Shown here piece after piece: positions 25,501 through 33,750 of a stretch of DNA of 64,000 nucleotides. The DNA is taken from positions 1 to 64,000 of the IMG/VR virus record IMGVR_UViG_3300027861_002706; one strand, given 5' to 3'. Under the pieces are notes generated by a model that had not been told where the DNA came from, did not search any database, and was given only the letters and a program-made list of their open reading frames with translations. Position 1 is the first letter of the stretch, and each line of letters opens with the position of its first letter. The translations under genes were made by a program, and so were the position numbers. Source of the DNA: a virus.

Positions 25501-28500
25501 CGTAGAGCTACCACCGCCGCCGCCACCAAAGTTACTAGTAGCAGCACCAGTCCAGTTACTACCGTCGTAAACTAAAACTTCGCCGGCTGCAGGATCATCA
25601 TCTACACCACCTATGTCGCTTAGGCTGCTGCTATTAAGCCAACTACCAGTAAGCATTTCTACCATACCAGTCCAGTATGGTGTAGTAGCTGCCGCGCCAG
25701 TACTTATAAGTACATGGTCGACAGAGTTAGGAGGCTCTAGCGCATCCCATTCTGAGCCATTCCAACGAAGCAAAGCCCCTGCATTTGTGGGTGCAGGAAG
25801 ATGACCTCCTTCAATGCCTGCCCAATAAGGATAACCTATTGTGCTCTGCCGTAGATATTTACTGGCGCCATCGCCGGAAGGCAACAGATCAATTCTACCT
25901 CCACTGAATATATATATATCTCCGTTTTGTGGTGCAGCCGGTAAGCCATGATCTCCCCAGCCAAAAGCAGTATTCCAGTCACCAACCTTTGTATAAGTAA
26001 TATCACGGATTCCTATATTAATCTTATCAGCGGTTCCCATATCAATATTGAAGCCGCTAGCATCGAGGTTGCCACCTAGCTGAGGAGATGTATCTTCAAC
26101 AATACTTGATATGCCGCCGCCAGCACCCGCAGGGGTATCCCATCTTATATATCCGTCAGGACCTTGTTGTAAGAATTTTCCGGTACTACTCTCACCTGTA
26201 GCTAGTCCTGTTATTTTGTCATCAGTAACATAGAGCACTTCTCCGTTATCAATAGCTAGTGTAGTATCATCAAGATCAATGAAGCTAAGTGTTGCTATAG
26301 CTGCAGCGTTGGTCGCACCTGTGCTCGCTATGTTACTCACGTTGGTTGCTATATTACTCACATTGGTTGCTATGGCTGCAGCGTTGGTCGCACCTGTGCT
26401 CGCTATGTTGCTCGCATTGGTTGCTATATTACTCACATTGGTTGCTATGGCTGCAGCGTTGGTCGCACCTGTGCTTGCTATGTTACTCACGTTGGTTGCT
26501 ATATTACTCACATTGGTTGCTATGGCTGCAGCGTTGGTCGCACCTGTGCTTGCTATGTTACTCACGTTGGTTGCTATATTACTCACATTGGTCGCTATAG
26601 CTGCAGCATTGGTTGCTCCAGTGCTCGCTATGTTGCTCGCATTGGTTGCTATGTCGCTCACGTTGGTCGCTATAGCTGCAGCATTGGTTGCTCCAGTGCT
26701 CGCTATGTTGCTCACGTTGGTTGCTATGTCGCTCACGTTGGTCGCTATAGCTGCAGCATTGGTTGCTCCAGTGCTCGCTATGTTGCTCGCATTGGTTGCT
26801 ATTGCTGCAGCATTGGTCGCACCTGTGCTTGCTACAAGAGTATCTACTTCAGATTCTCTGTAATATAGAACATCTCCCCTACCGGTAGTTAAATACTGTC
26901 CATGGTCATCGCCATCTAGGTTTAGTAGGCTAGCGTGGCTTATACTGCCTAAATCTACTGTGCCACTAGCTATTCCACTAGCATGCCCAAATTCATCGAA
27001 TGATATATCTCGTATAAAGGTATTTCCTGCATTATCTGAGTCTGGAGCTACTGGAGTAACAGCGGGATGAGCAGTTAAATACCCAAGAGTTCCATGGTTG
27101 CCCCAACCATGAGCTGTATTCCATTGCCCTATATTAGCTGCATCCGCAGCATTAATAGTAACAGTGCCATCCCCATCAGAAACTACAATGCCGGCACTGC
27201 TAAAGTCTGAAGTTGGGGCATACTGGGGATGATCAGCAACATCCTCTAGGCCACCTAATAAACCATGACTTATACTGCCTGGAGCTATAGTATCTTGACC
27301 AACAGTAGCTACGTGTCCATGTGTATTAAACGTCATTGCAGAAATAAATTTGTTAGTCGCAGCAGTTATATTATCCGGCTGACTAAAATTACCACCACTA
27401 ATATTTCCGTGATTTATTTGAGTTTCATCAAAAGAAATACCTATGCCATCGGCATCACCTGCTGTAGTTACAAATGAACCATCACCGGACATGTATAAGA
27501 CCGGATCTGTACTAGCATCTACTACAAGGCCGCCATCTCCTGCTGCACCTGAGAATCCGTCACCACCAACACCACCGGCTCCACCATCACCAAGAGTATC
27601 GGCAACATATCCAATAAATATCTGTGGAGTAGGTATAGTGTTACAAAATCTATCAAATACTTGTTTTACTATCACAGTATTAGACCCAGCGGCGGCATGG
27701 CTAGATATATCTACAAATAAACTCAGCCCATCAGCCGATAATGTAGTATTCGCACCAACATCATTTCCCCCATTAACTGTTATATTCCCAGGCCCAGTCA
27801 TACAAGCTAGATCAACTTGATGTGTGAAGGTAAGCATCACTGTAGTAGGCAGGGCTCCAGAGTCTACCAGTGCAGCATATTGTGGGAATGAGTTGTCTAA
27901 TGCGGGTACAGGTCTCTCGAAATACAATATATATAGTGTTAAACTTTGCTGATTGATGTTAACCAGCGATTGCGCTATGACATCTTTGTATTTTACTCCT
28001 ACTGAGTTTAGATAAGCTGCAAGTCTGTTCTGTACATTTGCGTATCTAGGTATAGAGACCTCTAATACACCTAGATATCCTTGTCTTTTAACTACAGGAG
28101 GGTGATCTTCTCCTCTATCGTGAAAAGATGCCGCACCTATGGTATAGGATATTGCACGTATACCTAGTCCTTGATCAGACAGAGCATTACCGGCTCTGTC
28201 AGACACTGATACAATCTCAAGAGTTTTAACTCCTGCGATATTGTATCCAGCAATACTACCTACATCAATATTAAGTATATACTCATCTACTGACAGTAGA
28301 TTCGCAGCTACATCTGTCTGATTATACTTAACAGACCCTAATTTTATAGACCCGGGATTTATCTTATTATTAAATACTATAGAAACTTTGGCAGGAGCTG
28401 CACCTGTAGAAAATGCTCCTCCGTTAGGAGGGAATATGCTTTCTGGGTAAAATTCATTCTCTTGTACAGATAATCTAAGAGCTACGTTCTTCTCTTGATC

Positions 28501-28644
28501 ATTACCTATAGCTTCAAACTTTATAATTTTTGTAGAGTCTACCGGACTCTCTCTATCTGTGAGAGAGTGTAAGATCCGTTTAAATCCAGATAGACTATTC
28601 GGGTTACCTGGGTCATGATTATAGAAGTATTCTACTATAGGCAT
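22567..28644 (-). CDS. 2025-aa repeat-rich tail fibre protein
   Basis: Ig-like N-terminal segments, HxxLxGLxxxDHPQY motifs, IATN coiled-coil repeats, duplicated modules, TKAPGSTLDAANKTYVD fibre motif. Confidence 0.85.
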   Translation of the reverse strand: MPIVEYFYNHDPGNPNSLSGFKRILHSLTDRESPVDSTKIIKFEAIGNDQEKNVALRLSVQENEFYPESIFPPNGGAFSTGAAPAKVSIVFNNKINPGSIKLGSVKYNQTDVAANLLSVDEYILNIDVGSIAGYNIAGVKTLEIVSVSDRAGNALSDQGLGIRAISYTIGAASFHDRGEDHPPVVKRQGYLGVLEVSIPRYANVQNRLAAYLNSVGVKYKDVIAQSLVNINQQSLTLYILYFERPVPALDNSFPQYAALVDSGALPTTVMLTFTHQVDLACMTGPGNITVNGGNDVGANTTLSADGLSLFVDISSHAAAGSNTVIVKQVFDRFCNTIPTPQIFIGYVADTLGDGGAGGVGGDGFSGAAGDGGLVVDASTDPVLYMSGDGSFVTTAGDADGIGISFDETQINHGNISGGNFSQPDNITAATNKFISAMTFNTHGHVATVGQDTIAPGSISHGLLGGLEDVADHPQYAPTSDFSSAGIVVSDGDGTVTINAADAANIGQWNTAHGWGNHGTLGYLTAHPAVTPVAPDSDNAGNTFIRDISFDEFGHASGIASGTVDLGSISHASLLNLDGDDHGQYLTTGRGDVLYYRESEVDTLVASTGATNAAAIATNASNIASTGATNAAAIATNVSDIATNVSNIASTGATNAAAIATNVSDIATNASNIASTGATNAAAIATNVSNIATNVSNIASTGATNAAAIATNVSNIATNVSNIASTGATNAAAIATNVSNIATNASNIASTGATNAAAIATNVSNIATNVSNIASTGATNAAAIATLSFIDLDDTTLAIDNGEVLYVTDDKITGLATGESSTGKFLQQGPDGYIRWDTPAGAGGGISSIVEDTSPQLGGNLDASGFNIDMGTADKINIGIRDITYTKVGDWNTAFGWGDHGLPAAPQNGDIYIFSGGRIDLLPSGDGASKYLRQSTIGYPYWAGIEGGHLPAPTNAGALLRWNGSEWDALEPPNSVDHVLISTGAAATTPYWTGMVEMLTGSWLNSSSLSDIGGVDDDPAAGEVLVYDGSNWTGAATSNFGGGGGGSSTLSGLTDVNFEVYGAPEPWKVLVYEANLTDSGFWVPVTPAIMAERIPFGYLSNVTVDNINTGSLLINSGATWIELDPANSGYVLETRGTDALPAWVPAGGVGDIDTLSGNFTGHTGDASIHFTTGEIDHGNIAGLLDNDHPQYTLTSDFIPHISNADIHFTKLTGLDDVSAISPSAGQVLTFTGGTWKPANVSGSAGAGASDFIGLSDTPNPIDDGSIYYGTGSTLTGLVTGTDNTGLFLQQGSDGYPSWATASITGLIDIGDVSHPSTPGYPAHATQGHFLIYQTAYGGWVSTPGSVAYAGVSLDNFGNVTENNTDTGSILINSGGDWIELDAANSGYVLETRGIDAMPAWVPAGSSSDVDTLSGNFTGHTGNADIHFTQGDINHTLITNIGINSHDDIDNHVTAMTGHTGDTGIHFTTSQISITESQIVDLGTYATNTYVNDLSGNFTGHTGDASIHFTTGEIDHGNILGLSDNDHPQYTLTSEFVPHTGDTGIHFTTGEIDITESQIVDFGSYATVDNFNAQSATIILHTSDTDIHFTSIAGLADVSVTNVSGMDSLVWDTSVSKFVNRHIHLFEHDFQSESFTLADSIHGNTITDDVDDTYTDPVIEYKEYNTNIIEPGYESTIEEVHVHMSKAGNAIYLVSMDYSIYPVSVTGGVHTTGSVLATGNIVPTNAIGVIHSPAIINPFTGDNIYLKLVPETGHYINAGSNLALYYQQAHIDYIGIESTIKNLNPADLPGGSTANMPKNFNHGDLSDVYLDKTATGDQTISGSLTIPAGKTLTVTKAPGSTLDAANKTYVDTLGDTKAALVDFNAHTASGTVHFIEGDIDHTAIQNVGSNTHATIDTHLSSKTNPHNTDIGNLDAGTLAELNAVVTDATLDDSSASRPPNGSAGGDLGGTYPNPTVDDGADGTAIHDNVAAEISSLTEKTTPVSADLLIIEDSAALHAKKKVQIGNLPGGGGSSDLTPAEAFAWFIG
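24903..24922. repeat. Perfect 20-bp palindrome TAGCGCCGGCGCCGGCGCTA
   Basis: Sequence equals its own reverse complement; encodes the SAGAGAS linker in the fibre. Confidence 0.95.
26291..26833 (-). repeat. Coding tandem repeat, 75-nt unit (ASTGATNAAAIATNVSNIATNVSNI)
   Basis: Eight copies of ASTGATNAAAIAT: six full 25-aa units, one 18-aa unit and one partial, with high DNA identity. Confidence 0.95.
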
Positions 28645-28646
28645 AT

Positions 28647-29171
28647 TTAGCCAACCGCAAAATCAACCTGCACAGTCAGCTTGGTGACATTGGTAGCCGC
28701 CTTGACGTCCAGTATTAGAGAACTGGTATTAGAAAGTGCGGCACCCGTGTCGGGGCCCTTTAGCTGCCATGCACTTGACGCTCCTGTAAGGTCGGCCGTT
28801 AATATTTCTGTTGTATCATTAAGGAAGTTGGCTGTGAGCCCATCTCCAGAATATATGACCTTTACTTCACCTATAGTAACATCTGTTCCAGGTCTCAATA
28901 GATAGAATTGTCCGGTTTCTATATTAGTTGAGCTACTAAATATATTTGAAACGTTATGTGTGAGTATCCTTGAGTTAAGGCTGGCATTATTCGACTCTAA
29001 ATCAGTGATATCAGATTTAACAGCAACAATAGAATTCTCGTTTGCTTGTATACGAGTCTCCTGTAGTTTACTAAGCGCCAATAGCTCTGCTTTAGCAGCC
29101 TTAAGATCTATCTGCTTTTGCTTAGCGGATAGAAGGCTATCTATATCGGGATTAGTGTATGGATCTGCCAC
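28647..29171 (-). CDS. Coiled-coil plus beta-sandwich virion protein
   Basis: Heptad-like N-half (IQANENSIVAVKSDITDLESNNASL) and beta-rich C-half. Confidence 0.7.
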   Translation of the reverse strand: MADPYTNPDIDSLLSAKQKQIDLKAAKAELLALSKLQETRIQANENSIVAVKSDITDLESNNASLNSRILTHNVSNIFSSSTNIETGQFYLLRPGTDVTIGEVKVIYSGDGLTANFLNDTTEILTADLTGASSAWQLKGPDTGAALSNTSSLILDVKAATNVTKLTVQVDFAVG

Positions 29172-29173
29172 TT

Positions 29174-29395
29174 TTAATCCTTATCATCATGATCTTCATC
29201 ATGATCTTTCTTTTTCTTCTTCCATTTTCTTCGCATAATTTTTTCTAGTGTTGATTTACTACACTTCTTTTTTTTATGTGTAAAATTTGATTCCACTACT
29301 AATGGCGTAGCTGCCTTCTTCTTTTTAGGAAGACCTAGCACCTTTCTTATCAACATATGCAATGCTGAGAAAATTGATCTAATTGGGTTTGCCAT
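29174..29395 (-). CDS. Small Lys-rich protein with amphipathic N-terminal helix
   Basis: AGGAGG RBS; IFSALHMLIRKVLGL followed by poly-Lys runs and an acidic His/Asp tail. Confidence 0.7.
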   Translation of the reverse strand: MANPIRSIFSALHMLIRKVLGLPKKKKAATPLVVESNFTHKKKKCSKSTLEKIMRRKWKKKKKDHDEDHDDKD

Positions 29396-29498
29396 TTTTC
29401 TTCCTCCTTTTCTGTTGATCTTTCTTTTTTCCAGAAGATTTCTTTATCCGAGAAGCTTTTGTTTTTTTACTAGAGTATGAACCTGGACCGAAAGCCAT
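29379..29498 (-). CDS. Unannotated 39-aa highly basic peptide
   Basis: Read by hand: MAFGPGSYSSKKTKASRIKKSSGKKKDQQKRRKKNGKPN-TAG, with AGGAG upstream of the ATG; fills the 29396-29514 gap. Confidence 0.7.
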   Translation of the reverse strand: MAFGPGSYSSKKTKASRIKKSSGKKKDQQKRRKKNGKPN

Positions 29499-29514
29499 TT
29501 TTTATCTCCTATTC

Positions 29515-30810
29515 CTACGATACACTGTACTGAAGACCTATTGAGTCAAGCACAGGGGTAGTACCTGCGAAGAAGTTACTGCTGACAGATGCAGTTTCTA
29601 TGTAGTTAAGAGTAGTAATAACATATATATTATCGACTGTTCCTAAATCTATCGGTTGCACAAGACTTTGTGGACTAGAGTTTATACTAGAGTCCCATAG
29701 GATATTATTCCCAAGTAGGTCTGAGGCAATCTTAAACCGCATGTTATCTATATCTTTAGTATAATCAGGAGTAGTCTCAAAGAGATGTAGGCCTTTAAAT
29801 TTCTTATTAGGAGGACAAGTAAACTTTGTTATAAATGTATGGTTGTCACCGAGAGAAGCTGTAGCAGAATATGTTTTATCAAACTCTGACAGCTGGAGGC
29901 CTAGCTCTTGTAGGCCATAGCTAAAGACTTTTCGGCCGTTCTCTTCATACCAATTTCTCTGCCTAAGTCTTATCTTTATCCTTTGTACAGATTGGGTAGA
30001 GAAGAAGAATCTGGAGTCGCGTGCATTATCTAAGGGAAGAGCAGTAGTTGGAAAAATGGGGTATGAATTTCCTGGCGCACTAAAACCACCAGATAGATCC
30101 GCGCTTATACCCAAGTCGAACACATCTACCTGCGACACAGGATATGGCCTGATGTATAGGGCATTCGCTTCAGTGTTAGCCTGGTCAGGTATCCTGACAG
30201 TGAGCTCTACCTGTACTTCTTCAACATCGCTATCTAAATCGAACTCTACTTTTCTTTGCCAATAGCTTTGATTGTCTCCATTGAATGCATTCTCTGGATT
30301 ACCTTGAGATAGTTTTACGTAGCCGGATTCATAGTCTACAAGCTCTATAATAGACGTGACATCTATTTGAATAGACTGAGATATAGGCACAATGCTGCCA
30401 GAAATTATACTATTCGTATAAAACTTGTTTTCTACTGCATTTATGGGTACAGTCGCTTGGTTAAATAGTGTATTAATCCTGGGTTTTGTAGATTGATTGG
30501 TTCCTGGGAAAGTGATACCAGTCAGGTCTGTCATGGACTTAAATGCTTTTATGCGTAAATTTTGTGCAGCCCTGATGGCTCTGTCAAAGGACTCCTCGTC
30601 CTCGAGCTGGGCTACTCTCTTCTTTAAGTTAGAAATTTCTCTTATAGCTGTGTTTAATACATCAAGAGTGGAGCTCTCATTGACGTTTACCTGGTTTACA
30701 GTGTTTTGCAAATCAGCGATCGTAGAGTCTACAAATTTATTCATATCAGAACTGCTTATTCGGCCGTTCTGAGGTATTCTCATTCGTTCTGTCGTTAAGT
30801 GTACTGACAT
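29515..30810 (-). CDS. Virion structural protein, paralogue 1 of 4 (helical N-module plus discoidin-like domain)
   Basis: RISSSDMNKF...DL; NAFNGDNQSYW. Confidence 0.7.
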   Translation of the reverse strand: MSVHLTTERMRIPQNGRISSSDMNKFVDSTIADLQNTVNQVNVNESSTLDVLNTAIREISNLKKRVAQLEDEESFDRAIRAAQNLRIKAFKSMTDLTGITFPGTNQSTKPRINTLFNQATVPINAVENKFYTNSIISGSIVPISQSIQIDVTSIIELVDYESGYVKLSQGNPENAFNGDNQSYWQRKVEFDLDSDVEEVQVELTVRIPDQANTEANALYIRPYPVSQVDVFDLGISADLSGGFSAPGNSYPIFPTTALPLDNARDSRFFFSTQSVQRIKIRLRQRNWYEENGRKVFSYGLQELGLQLSEFDKTYSATASLGDNHTFITKFTCPPNKKFKGLHLFETTPDYTKDIDNMRFKIASDLLGNNILWDSSINSSPQSLVQPIDLGTVDNIYVITTLNYIETASVSSNFFAGTTPVLDSIGLQYSVS

Positions 30811-30811
30811 T

Positions 30812-33748
30812 TTAACCTATTCTAGCATTATACCTAAAGACTTTAGGCGTGACTCCGCCATCTGCTGTTCTGTCCTTTAGCATAGTGATTTTAACCATGA
30901 CTTTTCTTGCTTCCACTTGACCAGGTATCTCGTACTGGTACTTCATAAGAAAATCTTCTGAAGTCTGTTCGGCAAAACTAGTTACAACTCCTGCATTATC
31001 TGTCACTGCTTGATAATTATATAATTCTGCTGTTGATCCAGGCTGAAAATTAAGCACAATTTTACCATTTACTATTGCAAAATGATCATGATTAGTTCTA
31101 AGCACTGAGTTCTTGAGGAAATCATAAGTCACCTCGCTCATTGCCACGCGTGTCGATTGGAGGTCAACGAAGTACTTTCCTCCTCTTACGAATATGTAAT
31201 CTCCAGCTATATCCTTCAGCTCTATCACCTTTTTGACCGCAGCAGTTGAAAAGACTGCAGGATCTCTAGATTTTACAATAATTTGGTGCCATCCTCTAGG
31301 TATAAATGGAGTCTCAGTCGAGTTAGATAGATCAATTGTGAACTGTGGCGAATTTATTATGAATTTCTCTCCAACGACTAGGTCTAATGCTAGAGGGTTG
31401 TACTCTATCTTCACTGGATCAAGAGAAGGCTGATATACCCAGGTAGAGTATGTATGGAGGTCTGTTGGAGTTTCTTTATAATAAAAGTCTATATATACTG
31501 CCAGATCTCCTTGATTTGGGAGTATACCGCCAGAAGGGATCCTTGTTATCGAACCTTGATTGATGTTTATACTGTAATCGGGACCCTGGTTATACACTTC
31601 TTCATCATCTGGATCACCGAATTTACTAGTGACCTTTATCGTTGGCCTAATTACGGCGTTTTTACCTCTAGGGATAAACCTATATACAGCCTCTACTTGT
31701 TCATCTGACCTTATATTCATAAGAGATTTCATATATATATTATTGTCTCGTATTCCAGCAACACGCTTTGTTATATCTGGGTCTATACTGTAGTCAACAG
31801 ACAATATTTGCCCAGACGAATCAATGCTACTTCCACTGTCGGTTATTCTTATGCCGCCATCGAATAGACCCTCGAGGTCTGTAGTCAAGATATAGTCTGT
31901 ATCGCGCTCGTACGTCAAACTCTGCCCAGAGTTGGGTCCGCTACTCTGTACTCCTGTTTCTCTCACGATAGGTTCATTTGCAGGAAGAGATTGGGACACT
32001 AGTGGAAAATCAGACAAAGTACTAACGTTAAATCCGCTAAGTGTTATTTGTTCTCCAACTATATTCATTTGACTACCATACCGGTTAAGCTTATATATGG
32101 AATAGTCTGGTCTGGGGTCTGATATTGGATTTATATCTAGAGTTGGGAATAATCCCATAGATTGAGGCTTATAATCTATTGGATTAGCTACCGTTAACTT
32201 AGTCTTTATCTCGCTACCCACGCCTCCGCCGGCGTATACCTCATACCCCGAGTTAATCGCTGCAGATTCACTTAATACAGTATATATGTTCTGAAAATCT
32301 CCTCCGTTGAAGGAGATATAGGAGTTTTTAACTTGCCTAAGTATAACCTCTTCATTTATATTTCTATTCCACCCACCAAATCCCCTGAATAGTTGGGCAG
32401 ATGCAAATACATTAGAATCTCCACTATCTATTCCTATTGGTAGCCCGTAAAAATCTATGCCTTTATGTGTTTCAGTTGAAATCAAGCCAGATGGAGCATG
32501 TATATCTCTTGATTTATAGGCTCCATTCCTAAATTCTATAGTTCTTTTCCCAGGTATATCGCTTGATTTATTAGAAGGTACTACGAGCTGCCAATCGCCT
32601 ATCTTGTTACTAGAAGAGTCAGCCAAGCAGACATAATAGTTTATGCTACATGCAGTAGGTATAGTTTCTGACGAAGTGAGGGACACTCTATTGATATTTC
32701 TAGCGAGACCTTTAGGTTTTAACACCTTAGAGATATATTGTCCTTCAGTAGCGGTACCTAGTGAATAGAAGCCTACGTGCTTGAGGCCAAACATATAGAT
32801 GAAGTTTCCATTTTGGTCTTCTTCATCGTATTCTTGTTTCGTTATAATAAACCTAACTTTTTCTACTTGAGTAGAAGGAAAATCCATATTATATGTCTTA
32901 GATTCTTGCTCAATCGATACGGATTCCGGTGTCTGTGGAAATATTATATAGTTGATATCATCAACCGTGTATTGCATTTGAACCTGCATGGGCTTACCGG
33001 AGTGTGGTATCAGTTGCACTCTAGTGATACTAAATACGCTGTCGGAAATGGCTGATAGTGGGATATCAAATTGTATAGCGAGAGGGCCCGGAGTACTGGT
33101 AACAACATCGTATCTCCATGGAGAATAGATATCAGAGAATGCATTTCCAAATCCAGCAGCAGGTCCATGATTAGATGAAACCACATCTCTGGAAGCTATA
33201 ACTGGCCAGGAGTCTTTCTCATATAAATGATTTAGCTTTATCTTTGACCCAGCAAGGTTGCTATACGGCAAGGATAGGCATCCTTCACGGACATCGACTA
33301 TATCTTTTGTACTGAGGTTTAGATTTGTCTTGGCTGTGGACTGAAAATTATCAAAGACCCCAAAAAAGTTGCCGTTCGCGTTATCTATAATAAATAACAA
33401 ATTATCTAAATAATCAATTATCTCATTCATCTGCTGAGATTGAGCCCTATATGAAAGATCAAACGTATTCAGTTTCATTAGCGTATTTGCTACTATATCC
33501 GTGATTTCATCATAGGCAATATCTATGTCAAACTCGAATCTCTCAAAAAAGCTATTGTAATGATCTATATTAAATACTCGTTTTCTTTCTTGAGGCTTAT
33601 ATCTCAATGTAGGTAGCCCATAGCTATCGCCAAGGATCTCTCCTATCTTATTCTGAAGGGCGCTAGTATCTAACAGCTTACCATCTTGCATCTGCATTAA
33701 TGATAGGTCAGCTATTAGCTTAGTTATTTGTTTTTTAGATAATGACAT
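30812..33748 (-). CDS. Virion structural protein, paralogue 2 of 4
   Basis: FNIDHYNSFF...DIDIAYDE; NAFSDIYSPW; repeated YQxGxDYxI beta modules. Confidence 0.7.
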   Translation of the reverse strand: MSLSKKQITKLIADLSLMQMQDGKLLDTSALQNKIGEILGDSYGLPTLRYKPQERKRVFNIDHYNSFFERFEFDIDIAYDEITDIVANTLMKLNTFDLSYRAQSQQMNEIIDYLDNLLFIIDNANGNFFGVFDNFQSTAKTNLNLSTKDIVDVREGCLSLPYSNLAGSKIKLNHLYEKDSWPVIASRDVVSSNHGPAAGFGNAFSDIYSPWRYDVVTSTPGPLAIQFDIPLSAISDSVFSITRVQLIPHSGKPMQVQMQYTVDDINYIIFPQTPESVSIEQESKTYNMDFPSTQVEKVRFIITKQEYDEEDQNGNFIYMFGLKHVGFYSLGTATEGQYISKVLKPKGLARNINRVSLTSSETIPTACSINYYVCLADSSSNKIGDWQLVVPSNKSSDIPGKRTIEFRNGAYKSRDIHAPSGLISTETHKGIDFYGLPIGIDSGDSNVFASAQLFRGFGGWNRNINEEVILRQVKNSYISFNGGDFQNIYTVLSESAAINSGYEVYAGGGVGSEIKTKLTVANPIDYKPQSMGLFPTLDINPISDPRPDYSIYKLNRYGSQMNIVGEQITLSGFNVSTLSDFPLVSQSLPANEPIVRETGVQSSGPNSGQSLTYERDTDYILTTDLEGLFDGGIRITDSGSSIDSSGQILSVDYSIDPDITKRVAGIRDNNIYMKSLMNIRSDEQVEAVYRFIPRGKNAVIRPTIKVTSKFGDPDDEEVYNQGPDYSININQGSITRIPSGGILPNQGDLAVYIDFYYKETPTDLHTYSTWVYQPSLDPVKIEYNPLALDLVVGEKFIINSPQFTIDLSNSTETPFIPRGWHQIIVKSRDPAVFSTAAVKKVIELKDIAGDYIFVRGGKYFVDLQSTRVAMSEVTYDFLKNSVLRTNHDHFAIVNGKIVLNFQPGSTAELYNYQAVTDNAGVVTSFAEQTSEDFLMKYQYEIPGQVEARKVMVKITMLKDRTADGGVTPKVFRYNARIG

Positions 33749-33750
33749 GA

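Noticed and set aside
26291-26833. Possible CRISPR array (regular repeats, Cas4-like gene in the window)
   Set aside because: Units are tandem, in-frame and coding, with no unique spacers. The Cas4-like nuclease sits in a replication context with no cas1/cas2.
26291-26833. Thirteen N-x-S sequons (NVS/NAS) suggesting N-glycosylation
   Set aside because: The Asn falls at the buried d position of the IATNVSN heptad, so the sequons are probably a by-product of coiled-coil design. No oligosaccharyltransferase is visible.
26279-26863. 194-aa and 84-aa plus-strand ORFs with striking hydrophobic repeats
   Set aside because: They are antisense shadows of the fibre repeat; the minus-strand frame is part of a 2025-aa gene.
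29174-29395. Holin call for the 73-aa protein
   Set aside because: The N-terminal helix is amphipathic and interrupted by His/Arg/Lys rather than a clear transmembrane segment, and no endolysin is adjacent.
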